Origin: Lama glama
Lineage: Eukaryota
Assembly (NCBI GenBank): GCA_028534125.1
Contig: CM052818.1
Coordinates: forward strand, 29,638,001 to 29,702,000
Direction of reading: 5' to 3'
DNA: 64,000 nt
The position numbers were made by a program, and so were the translations under genes. Positions 52,690 to 64,000 of the stretch are shown in pieces (within the stretch, counting starts at the first letter, position 1; each line of letters begins with the position of its first letter). The notes beneath the pieces were generated by a model. The model worked only from the letters and a program-made list of their open reading frames with translations. It was not told the origin of the DNA and made no database searches.

Positions 52690-53915
52690 GTATTGGCTTA
52701 AATGCTCTGTAGTTACAGGTATTTATGTGGGCAAATATTTAAAAGGAAAGATAAGCTAATATGAGATCATATTTTGTTTTGCAACTTTTAGCAACAAGTT
52801 CTGTGATGGGAGACAAAAAGCAAAGTGAGTAACAAATTTAAGCAAAAGAAAATAAGCACTCCCTTCTTCTCAAGTCAAGATTTTGTCATCACACTTTCAA
52901 AACTCTGCTACAGCTATCTTTATTAACTGCGTAATCCTCCTTGGAGCCAGGGGTAGTAGCTATTATAGTCTTTGAAAGTAAACTGTTTATCTGTGAGAGA
53001 TGAACTGTCCACCGTGAGTGATGAACAAATGCCAACGCTCCCCAAGAGAAAGGATGGCCCTCGACAGCCTTACGCAGTTAGAGAGGTGACTAAGCTCTTG
53101 GTGGAAACCTCTGACATGCACCTTTCTTTACGTGGCACCCAAAAGCTTAGCTATTTTGTCTCAGATGAAAATGCTGTGCAGACAGGTAGAATCCTAATAC
53201 CAAACTGAGTCATAAAAATGACTAATGAAACTTACGACGTTTCCCCACACAGCTGCTCTGCAGTGCTGCGCTATGAATCAGACCAAGTAATCCGAAGATG
53301 ACTCCCACACACACGTTCATTTGTTTAGCAGTTTATAAAACAGTCATCAAAGAGGGCATTCAAGAAACCTAGATGAAAAGCATCCAAATTCATGAAAATG
53401 TGGTTAGTGACCCAGACACCAGTCTTCATGTAAACAATATAAGCAAATAGTAAAGAATAATATGACTCCAAACCAACAGTGTTCAGCGTTGGGAAACTCA
53501 CTCCATGTGTTTCTAATTGAAATTTTTAAAGTGGAACTCCCATTAGAACTTTATGGAAAAGTTACTGAAACTAAAATCACATTAAAAAATTGAAATGTTT
53601 ACCTCCCCGATACTTTATCTCAATGAGATCTGACATAAACAGCCATCACCAGGTTGAAATCTGAAAACTAAATGTGAGCTCTAGGAGCCCTCCAGGCTGG
53701 CAGAACACCCAGAGGTCATGGCAATACCCAGGAGACACGAGAGACTGGGAGCTAACTGGCCAGAGACCTGTGCAAACCGCGAATGCACAGAATGTCGGCG
53801 GGCACAGTAAGCATTAGATCAAGAAAGCAGCTCCCAAAATGGTAAAATGCAGAACCTACACTTGGGTATTATTCTTGCTCAGAAATTAACAATAGCTAAC
53901 ACTTAACCTACTTCT

Positions 53916-53967
53916 AGGTAAATGTTTTTTAACAACGGTTCAGGTAAATGTTTTTTAACAACGGTTC
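53916..53967. repeat. Perfect 26-bp tandem duplication
   Basis: aggtaaatgttttttaacaacggttc twice (53916-53941, 53942-53967). Confidence 0.95.
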
Positions 53968-55059
53968 CCATATTTTCATTTTGTACTGAGTATGCAGATG
54001 GTGTAGCCAAGTTGGTTGTGATAAGACCACTTCAAACCCCTAGATGCAGCGAGACCTAAAGCCAGCTTCACCCTTATGTCTTCCAGTTCTCTGGCCTTAA
54101 ACAGCCTCTTTTCCTTTAGTCTGTGTATTTTCCACTTACAACCACAGGTCCTGCTTAGCTCAGCCTCAGGGTCCACCCCTCTCCCACCCTACCCTGCAGA
54201 CACCCGCTCCACCCAGCTCGAGCTGCCTCTGCGTGATCCTCCAGTCACTTCACATCCTCACCAACATCATCCTTAAAGTCCTACCTGATCCCCTGCCCAG
54301 GCTGCGGAGAGTCTACACTTCCCTCAGAAACACGGATGAATCAAATTCAATCTTCTATGTTTATAAGACCCATTGTGCCAACAGGGTCAGAAAGATGCGA
54401 AAGATGCATGCATGCATTCATTCACTCAGAAATATTCTTTGTGAGTATCTACTATGCATTTAGGCACAGGAAAGATTAAAGGAACCTTCTGGCACCTGCA
54501 ACTGACAGCAGAAAACACCTTTAGAAAGCTTCAAATTATCTGTGACCCTCCTTCAGGAACAGAAAGGCAGAGAAGCTTAAAGGTGTGGAAGGGGAAAGAA
54601 GCCAGATAGGGAAGGGGTGGAAGAGACAACACTCAGGTCTTCCCTAAGGTTTCCAGAAGAAACCAAGAAGTACCCCCAGAGGGTCACACAGGATGCCATC
54701 CACCCCTGAATGTCCCCATTCTCAACCCTCAACATCTCCAGACCCTCCAGCAAGACCCCTGCCATCCCACAGGGGCCTGGAGCCCAGAGGAGAAGAGGGG
54801 TCCCCAAGGGTATTTAACCCCAAACTATAACGCCAGCTCCAAGGGAAAGGGTCTTCTTTGTTTCTGAGGACGATACCTGTCTGGTTAACAGAAGGACGTT
54901 TCACTCAATTCCATGAGGGTGGAAGGACACACAATCCCGCAACTCCAAGAGAGGACTTGAAGCTCCCTTTCCCATAGACACATCTCCAGGCACAGTAGCT
55001 GGGCTCTCAACTAGGCCAAGCACCACCCGTGGCCCCTGGACCGAGTTCTCCTATGAAGC

Positions 55060-55250
55060 AGTGGGGCGCAGAGAAGAAAAGGAACTAGATCTGGATCTGA
55101 AACCTGCTGTGAGAATTTAACCCTCCCAAACCTCAGCTCTTTCATCTGCAAAGTAGGTGTTAAGACGGTAGCTCAACACAGGCTTGTGCGTCTTCCCGGA
55201 AGGAATCCCTGTGGAGCAGTCAGCACAGTGCCTGGTCCAGCAAGGCCTCA
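55060..55250 (+). mobile_element. MIR SINE
   Basis: aacctcagctctttcatctgcaaagtagg...agcacagtgcctgg. Confidence 0.6.
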
Positions 55251-56899
55251 GTGCGTACCCAGTGTCACTTGGAAATGGAAGACCCGCATTAGAAACCCCA
55301 GCTTATGAAGATCCTTTGAGGACACCATTCGTACAAAAGTAGGAGGCGCTCTGGAGTTCCAGCTCGAAAACAGCTTTGCCTTTCTATGTTTTCATACTAA
55401 CACTTACATCCATGCTAATTCAACAAAATTAAAGTGAGAGATCTTATCCAAAACACATGACTAATTATAGTTAACATTTACTTAAGGCTTTTCTTTCAAG
55501 TAAGTCTAAAATGTGTCTTACAGGTTATTATCAAACTCTAGGGAATAATAGGGTTTGTTTGTTTTTTTAATACTGCCTTTTTGTAGAGAGAAGTCATCAG
55601 AAGCCACAAGGCCTGGGGAAGTCACTTCTCTGCCCTTGGCCCTTACTCCCCTCCTCTGCAAATAAGAGGTTGAGAAAACATGAAAACATGACCCCAAAAG
55701 ACCCCTTCCATTCTCCCATCCCAGTCCCACAGGCCCACAAGCCAAGCCCACTCCACAGGTGCAGCTGAGAAACTGCTCTCCTGTTTTGAAAAGCCATCAG
55801 CAAAGGAGATTCCACAAGATCACAAGATCAGAGACGCCCTTCAAAGCCATGCGTTCTACCACCAGCTGAGTGATGAAAAATGTCAGGAGAGATCAAAGGG
55901 GAACCTGAAATGTATTCAGATCCAAAAAAAGAGACTTGGCCAAAAGCACATGTGATATCAGTGGCAGAGTGGGATGATCACTTGCAATAAAGCAGAAGCA
56001 GACAGTCTTGTGCTTGTCCAGGTACACGTTGGACAGAAGATAAGCACTGATCCTCTTTGGACTAACATACGTAGCAACTCAGAGCTGTGGGTGAGGCCAC
56101 CCTGTCACTGACACCACCTTGCAACATGGTAGATACCGTCTGTAAACAGCATCCGTGGAAAGAGTCCTTAGAGGACCTCTCGAGTGCCCCTGGTTAAAAC
56201 CTAAAAACATAACAAATGTAAACTGTTGTCTTCATTATCCCCAAATCCCTCTCAATAAGAAAAAAACATTGTAAAGTAAATGGCTTAGAAGAAAACTATT
56301 CAGGACTCTCTGACAATCTGGTTTTTTGATTCAGTGATCCAATATAGGACTTGAATGAAAGGGAAGGATTATCAGAGGATGCTTCCGAGGCCCTGTGATT
56401 CATAATTTATTGTTCTTAAAATAAAATGTAATGCTGTCCACTTTGGCCATGGAACTTACCACAGGAATCTGCGATGGTGCCTTATTATTCCACTGCAATG
56501 GTATTCCTCCTCTTCAATAAAGACTTGTGGTTAAAGCAAATCCAAACCCTCCAAACTGGAAAACACCTTTTCCAGCCAAACTATCAGGTCAGCACCATCC
56601 ATGAATAAAGAGTATTCCCACCAAAGAGACCCCCCAAGTCCAAATTCTCCCTATCCTCAACAGCCACTTCAAACAATTCCTACGCTAATACTCTCCCAAG
56701 GGAGAGCAACACCCTTCCTTCAAAGCCCCACTCCTGCAGGCTGGGAGCTACCTGAAGACACAACCACGCTTTATCCATATTTGCATCTCCAGTGTTGGGC
56801 AAGGGGCTGACGCGCAGACTGCGTTCACTAGGTGCTTGTTACACGGGTGAATGAGCCTTGGCTCTGGGCTGCTCTTCTGGCATCTGCACATTCTTCCTT

Positions 56900-57460
56900 A
56901 CATCAATTTCCTATTGATATCTAACAAATTATCACCATGTCAATGGCTTAGAACACACAGTTATGATCTCACAGTTTCTATGAGTCAACAGTCTGGGCAC
57001 AGATTAATTGGGTCCTTGCTTGAGGGTCTCACAAGGCTATAACCAAGGTGTTGGCAGGGCTGCAGTCTCATCTGAGGCTCAAGTGGGGAGGAATTTACTT
57101 CCAAGATCATTCAGGTTGTTGAGAGACTTCATTTCCTTGTGGCTGTTGGACTGAGGGCCCCAGCTCCATGCTGGCTCCCAGCTAGAGGCAGCCCACAGTT
57201 TCCTGCCACATGGCCCTCTGCATGCACAAGCCACAAGTCCAACAGGGCAGATTACTTTCTCCAAGCCAGCAAGAAGTCTCTCACCCTAGTCAGCTACGAT
57301 GGAGTTGTATATATCATAACATCATCAAGGAAGTGACATTCCAGCACCTTCGGCATATTCTGCTGATTAGAAGCAAGTCACAGGTTCTTCCCACACTCAA
57401 GAAAAGGGAATTGCACAAGGGTGTGACCCACTGGGGTTACCTTAGAGTGCGTCTGCCACA
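56900..57460 (-). mobile_element. MaLR solo LTR (MLT1D/E-like)
   Basis: atctcacagtttctatgagtcaacagtctgggcac...caaggtgttggcagggctgcagtctcatctgaggctc...tctgccaca. Confidence 0.8.
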
Positions 57461-59088
57461 CTCCTCGTGTTATGGCCATCTTGGTCTTTCCACTGGACTG
57501 TCAGCACCACCAAGCAGGGTCTTAACTGTCTTCTTAGCCCACAGCACAATGCCTTCTATATAGTAGGCACTTCATAAAAAGTTAGTAAATTAAAACATAA
57601 AATATAGTCCTCTAAGGACATACAGAGATAGCTCAGCTATAAAAACGATAATAGTTGTTATAGAAAAAGAAGGTGGAGGTGGTTACCCATACTAAGACCA
57701 AAGGAGTGAGAGCTAATTTTTTTAAATCCATTATTTTTAAGCCACTCCTCAAAATTTTAACACCGTTTTCTAGTTGTGGCCTTGCCTACATGATATTTAA
57801 ACATTTGGATGAGTCATCAAAAGTAACATCCAGGTATTTGGAAATAACTACATGCTCGCATTGGGAAGAAAAGAAAAAATATTTACTTTTCCCTAGGTAT
57901 GTCTTACTACATAACTGATGATCCAAATAAGCTCCGCCCCCCCCCCCAAATTTCTACTTGGAGAAAAAGCAGGTATTTTTTACAGACCTAATTTTTCTTC
58001 AATACTCAGGTAAAGTGTTTTTGCACTCATTTATTCTGTAGAAAGGGAAAAAAAGATGTGTGATGGGGAAAACACTCCCTATTTTACACATCGAGCAAAA
58101 CAACTCCTTCAGCACTTTCTACAAAGGCTCCTAGCCTTACAATCGGCAATTTCTTTGCTAAATACACATCTCATAAAAGTGTGTGTCATTGCTGAAATTC
58201 TTAACTGGGCTGTTTCCAAAGATCTGATGCATTCCTCCAGCAACTTCCAGGAATGAGTCAGCAGGACCCCAAGGAACGGCCAAGCAGCGCTGCCTTGTCC
58301 CTTCTCCATCTGAAAGTCCTCATTTACACACAAGAAAGCTTCGTTCCTTCCAACGCTGAGGGCATGTTCTGGACCAGAGCTTGCTCTTCATCTCACTTTT
58401 AAACTATCTGGGAAATGAGTAATGGCACATGCCCCCCCAGCGAGATGTCACATTCACTCTTATTCCTTTTATTAATTTTGTAATAACTTTCTCATCATTC
58501 CTTGCCTTTGACATCTTTGATTCCAGCGCACCCACTTTAAACCCAGGGTCCTCGAGCTTTGGTGTGGATCAGTCAGCTGGGTGCTTGTGAAAACGACGGT
58601 CATGGGCCCCCCCTCCAGTTTCAGTGTGGCAGTTCTTGGGTGAGGTCCCACAATCTGCATTTCTTACACATCCCATGGGGGGCTGCGGTGCAGAGGGGGG
58701 TCCAAGCACCACACAAAGTAGATAGATGTTACTTTGAAGAATATGAAGATGTGTGATTTCAGCATCGTCCACCGTAAAGAATACAGTACAACCTGGAAGG
58801 CCCTAAGGCACAAAACTCCCATTCACTAGACGGCAAAACGGCTTCTCCAGGTCTCCTCAGTGACTGCACACATCAGCCTGGGTGTCAGCGTGCATGACTG
58901 CACCTGATCAGATCCCAGCGTTCCCATCTGAGATGGGGGAACGGCTCCATTCCATGGGGAAGGGGGAGAAAACATAAGCTTCTAGTTTCCAAGGCCTGGA
59001 GTCCAAAGGAGCGGATTTCCTTCCCCCATGGGTGATCAACAGAAGGGGCAGGGGGCGTCAAAAGGAAAGGAGATGAGTTCAGCAAGAG

Positions 59089-59267
59089 CAGTGGTTCTCA
59101 AACCACAGCTGTATCTGTACCCCCTGGAAGCAGCGTTAAAACAGAGTGCTGGGCCCCAGCCTCAGAGTTTCTGATTCAGTGAGTCCAGGTGGGGCCTGAG
59201 AATCTGCATTTCTAACAAGTTCCTTGGTGATGCTGCTGTCCAGAGACCATGTTTTGAGAACCACCAG
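59089..59267. mobile_element. MER5A MITE
   Basis: TIRs cagtggttctcaaa / tttgagaaccac. Core gtggggcctgagaatctgcatttctaacaagttcc. Confidence 0.85.
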
Positions 59268-60989
59268 GTCTGTGAAGTACCACTTAAGCAGTCTGTTATT
59301 ATAGGAAGGAATGGGGCAATTTTACCAGCGAAACAGCCTCTAACACTCAACACTGAGCATAAAAAACCGTCACCCAGGAGGTTTGCTGTAGCAGACAGTC
59401 CCTCATAACAAAAGGAACCGCTTACCGACATAATCTTAGGGTCCACTGGGTTAAATGAATTTCAGCTGGTCTTCCCCTCAGAAACAAGCATGACCCCTTT
59501 CAACCACCACTATAAACTACAGAAAAATATAAAGACATCATTAAGAAGTCCATCAAAACCCCCAGTAGTGTTCAAGCATCAATCTCCTACGAAAATGGAA
59601 AACTTACTAATCAAGCAACCTTCCTGAGGGTCTACTGTACACGCAGAACCACCACGTAGGCCAACTTCCCACTGGATAAAAAGTTTACAACAAAAACAGG
59701 GTCCCTGCCTTTATTTTAACTGATCATCTGTATTATCTCACCTCCAATTTTGGACTAAAAACATAACCTTTTCCCTATTAAAAGAAGAAAGAAATTAAGC
59801 TTGCTCGAAAGAAGGATTCTTATCTCTGCGCTCTACTTTAAGGAAAATAAGGCAAATCACTTGTGTGTGGGAGCGGGGAATTAAGGTGAAGATTTAAGTA
59901 TTTTTGCTTATTTTCAAACTAACTTCCAGGAGATGCCCCCGGATACCATAAACCATCGGTAAACAGGATGATCAATATTAAGACATGACACATAAGATCT
60001 GTGATCCTCCAAAACCCACTGAAGTACATTAAGCACTCTAATTTTCAAGACGAGAAATATACTAACACATTATAGAAAAAAATTTTCACCAACAATTGAA
60101 AACTTTTCACAAAACAGCAGAAAAACTTCATTAATAATATCATCCTGGGTTTATAGGGCTCTTTGGTGAAGCAAGTTCATAACCTCACTTTATTATCTTT
60201 ACTACCAACCAAGTGGGAGGTGTAGCCAATGGGTGTTATCAACCCCACTTACAAACAGAATCGCCCAGCAGAGGCTGCCTTGGCACCTACCTCAGACTCA
60301 TCCCACAGTTTGTAAGATGGGGTGGGGGGAAGCACTGAAAAAAACCTCCAAACAGCATTCAAATGTACTCCAAAAAATGTACACTCTTACTTTAACACAT
60401 GCTAACCGTGCTCTGTGAACATTCTACCATTGCCAGATTGGGATTTTTATCTTTAAAGTTTTTTCAAGGGTCTAACCTTTTATTTTTTATTTAGCACCAT
60501 GTGAAGATCCCCCCCTAATTTGCCTTTTAACACAGCAGCAGCCACAGCCTTTTCTTTTTCTGACCCTCCAACTCTCATCCTATGTCCGGGCCTCGTGGCT
60601 CCGGCGACAGTGCAGCTCCTGCCACAGCTCAGCAGAGGCATGGAGGCCCAATCCGCATGGGGCTGGTCTGGCCAGCTGGGTCCAATGCAGGCAGCGGGGC
60701 TACGACAATAATTTGTGTGTGGTCTTGGGTACTTCACTGTTCTATATGCAGTTTTTCTCATCAATAAAAAGTAGCAATAAAGGAGACTGAATTTTCGATT
60801 TGAAACATTCTTTTCCATGCCTTTCAAAGAAGTGCTGGAAAATACCAAATGCCATATTATGTTTATTCCTTATTAATAAAATCCACTTGCATTTATAAGT
60901 CCCCTATTTATGGCCTTTCACAGTCTACAAAACCTGACTGGGGAGCCAGCCCTGTCTCCCTGATCACCTATTACTCTAGACCTCACTGA

Positions 60990-61500
60990 CAACCTAGCAA
61001 AACTCACTTCTGAGTCCCTGCACAGGGCCAGGCCTGTTCCCACTCCCGGGCCTCTGTGCTGTTCTCTTGGCCTAAAAGGCTCTTCCTCCAGACCCTTTCA
61101 TATCACAGCTCTCATAAGTCACTTCCTTACAGAGCCCTGTCCTTACTACGCCCCCTCCTCCAGCCACCACCCTCTAGCCTATCATCCTATGTTATTTTCT
61201 TCATAGTACTTAACACCCACTGTGCGCCAGTACCTAGCACACAGGGGCTCGGTGAAAGTGCAACAAATGAATCCATTCATTCATTCAATCATTCCTTCCT
61301 TCCTTCCATAAAAGTCCACGTGCTTACTAGGTACTGAGATAGAAAGACGGCTGTGGTGCAGTCCCTGCCCTCACAGACAGAGCTCACATTCAAGCTGGGA
61401 AGCACACACATGTGGACACACGCACGACTGTGACACAATGTGGGAAATGTTAAGACAGAAGAGGATCTGCATGCCTGACAGTCACAAGAATGACCTGAAT
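60990..61500. mobile_element. Tail-to-tail L2 fragments (+ then -)
   Basis: Plus-strand L2 ending cctagcacacagggg...aaatgaat abuts ccattcattcattcaatc, followed by tccctgccctcacagacagagctcacattc. Confidence 0.65.
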
Positions 61501-64000
61501 CAGGCTGGATGATGAACGGCCCTCTCCCCATTCATTTCATTCAGGCTGAAAAAAACCTCAGAGAACTTAAGTAACTGATCTGCTTGAACCTTCACAGCTA
61601 CTGGAGGAGGCAGAAGTGCCCCAACTCTTGAACCAATGTAGTACATGATCCATCAAGGTGAGGTGGTATGTCTTAACTGATTTAAGTAGCTTTTACAATG
61701 AACTGTTTTGAAGATGCTAATTGTTAACAATCCACTTGATAGGGTGTTAAGACAAAATACACATGGGTGAAAGGATGGAGATTCTATTTTCACTTTGTAA
61801 GAACAATAATAAAATGAAGTAGTACCTGCAAGATTGAAAGTAAGATTGGAACTGCTTGATAATCCTATAAGAAATACAAACATTTTTAGGTCTACAAAGA
61901 CAAAAGATCCTTATTATTGTATGTTCCTTATTTTATTATCCTATTTCCTCTAGTGGCTTTTTACGGGTTACATCTTATTTCCCCTGTGAAGATTCCCCCT
62001 TAATTCATTACCAAAATATCTCCGAAGGTTCTCCTCCAAACATTTAGTTCTCATCTTTGAATAAATGATCAGTAAAGTTGACCACATCAACTTAAGTTAA
62101 AAACACCTTCCTCCAATTTATCTTCCCACCCACTGACCAAACTCATCCTTCCTCTGGTCCAGCAGAATGGAGAGCATGTGTTCAAAAACCAGCCCATCCA
62201 TCTCCTAATTTACAAAACACAACATTTTGCAAACTGTTTACTCATGTCTGTGCCAACAATATTACTCAAGCGTGGTGGAGTGGAAAAGCCACAGGGAATA
62301 GTGTCGTTGGCCAAGAGCAGTATTTGGGGATCTAAAATTACAGGGAAAATCATACAACATTCATTTTACTTAGTCCCAAATCTCTATCAGATGATGTTGA
62401 GCAAAAAGACTCTAAAATTGGCTGGGAGAAAGGAAAAGCTGTCTTAAAGTTTAAGCCATGCCAGGATAGCCTTCAGAGAGAAAGCAGGAGGAAACAAAAT
62501 AAGGTGGTGTGCCCTGAAAAGCTGTCATAATACCCAGTGTCCGTCGGGCAAGGGATACGCACACAGGGAAAATAGTGGAAAGAAAACTGAAGGGGAATGA
62601 TTGCCTGAAGGTGAGAGGAAACCAAAAAGGAAGTAGAGTTCTTTATGCAGTATTTGGAGGACAGTATTTACAACACTGATGCTGGTTCGATTCAACTTGA
62701 CTCGATTCAGGTAGCATTTGTACTATGGCAAGGAACAGGGTCTGGGTATTTAAAGCGACACAGAAACCCTGCTTCTCCAGAGCTCACTAATGGGGGGGGC
62801 CGGCAGATACCTCTCCAACCTGGTCCAGCCATACCCAGAGCTAACAGTGAAATCAGAAAACCAGGGAGAGGGGAAGAGGGAGCCGTGATTTTCACCAGGG
62901 GAACCCAGAAACACCACGAGGGGTGTGTAAAAGGCTAGGGCACCCAGGAGGGGGCGGGTCTAAGCAGGCAAGCAGGAACCCCTGCGAGCTCATATCTGTC
63001 AAACACTCCTGTGCGGGGGCAGGAAGAGGGGCGGGGGAGCTGCTCTCCAAGCACTTTTTGTGTATTACTTCATGTGGTCCCCTAGCAAGCCTCTGCACAG
63101 TGGTACAGACCATCATCACGTACCTGTGCTGTGAATGCGGTGACTCAGCCTTGCCCCAGCTCTCACAGTCCAAGGTTATGTTGTGAGGAAGTGTTGACAG
63201 AGTCAACATCAAGGTAGGTACCCTGTATTCTAACTCCAAAGACTGAACTTCTAACCATGGAGCTACACTGACTCTAGTTCAGGGCAAGCAAAACTGAGAG
63301 CCAATAAGGAAAGAAAGAGGAGGAAGGTAAAAAAAAAAAAAAAAGTGGGTAAAGTAGGGGAGTAACAGGCAGCATTTCCTTGTAAGCACACTGTCTTGGG
63401 TCTAAATGACACTGTGTGCAAAGATTCTCTGTACCCAACAGACTGTGCCTACATGAAATGTTCAATCCTTAATAATACACTAGGCAAATTCACAGGCGCA
63501 CATGAGCATACACAAATACAGCCCTCATGTATTTTTCCATAAGTACCAAAACAACCAATTTGTGTTACATCAACAAATTATGTACTATTTTCCCTCCCCT
63601 AGAAAGACAGGAAATATCATTAGTAAAAAGTGCAGTCAGAACAAGATAAGACCATAGTCCTTCTCTTATCTATAAATCATTGGGCTTAATTATATCAGGG
63701 AACTTTTAAAAACATGATCCTGATGGGTAGCTGTTGGATATATTATTTTCCACATTTTCCTGTAGCTAAAATATTTTATAATTAAAAATAAAATATTGGA
63801 AAAAAATACCCAAAATGTTCCAAAGTGTTTAAACTTTTTAAAAAACAACTATGTATCAATAATAATTTGCAAATTTCCAACTCTTATAAAAATACATATA
63901 TTTATCATTCAACTAAGGAAAACTGGGTGTAATAACCCCCTATGCAGCCATTTTTGTCCGTACTATTCAAAACTGAGCTAAAGAAATGTTTTCAAAGGCC

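Larger units (their letters stand above)
21812..64000 (-). other. LTBP1: LTBP1 intron upstream of the exon (probably intron 2, continuing beyond the window)
   Basis: No other LTBP1-like coding segment in the ORF track. Repeat-rich. LTBP1 5' introns are known to be tens of kb. A short exon could be missed. Confidence 0.75.

Noticed and set aside
62683..62712. B-box-like ggttcgattc
   Set aside because: No upstream A box or cloverleaf; more likely the degenerate (ttca)n end of a minus-strand L2.
1..64000. CRISPR array, operon or prokaryotic/viral defence system
   Set aside because: No regularly spaced repeats or gene-dense segment; the window is mammalian intron throughout.

Overview
Mammalian intronic DNA, probably camelid (alpaca/camel): it has tRNA-Ala-derived Vic-1-like SINEs and cetartiodactyl-type L1 3' ends, and I saw no Alu, B1, Bov-A or PRE1. 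The only protein-coding sequence I can support is one 292-bp minus-strand exon (21520-21811) encoding the first EGF-like domain of LTBP1 (by recall exon 3, specific to the long isoform LTBP-1L). The remaining ~63.7 kb is flanking intron filled with repeats: old and younger L1s (including a 4.9-kb decayed L1 with target-site duplications, TSD), L2, MIR, MaLR (MLT1) LTRs, one ERV1-type solo LTR, MER58 and a dense MER5 MITE cluster. I found no evidence of a new multi-gene system. The most interesting observation is a polyadenylated, 3'-truncated tRNA-Asp(GTC) retrocopy with A>T changes at positions 9 and 58, the known m1A sites, which may be a fossil reverse-transcription signature. Also notable are two compact enhancer-like motif clusters, inverted SINEs flanking the exon, and nested insertions. 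All repeat family names and reference comparisons come from memory, not database searches. Boundaries of old repeats are approximate.
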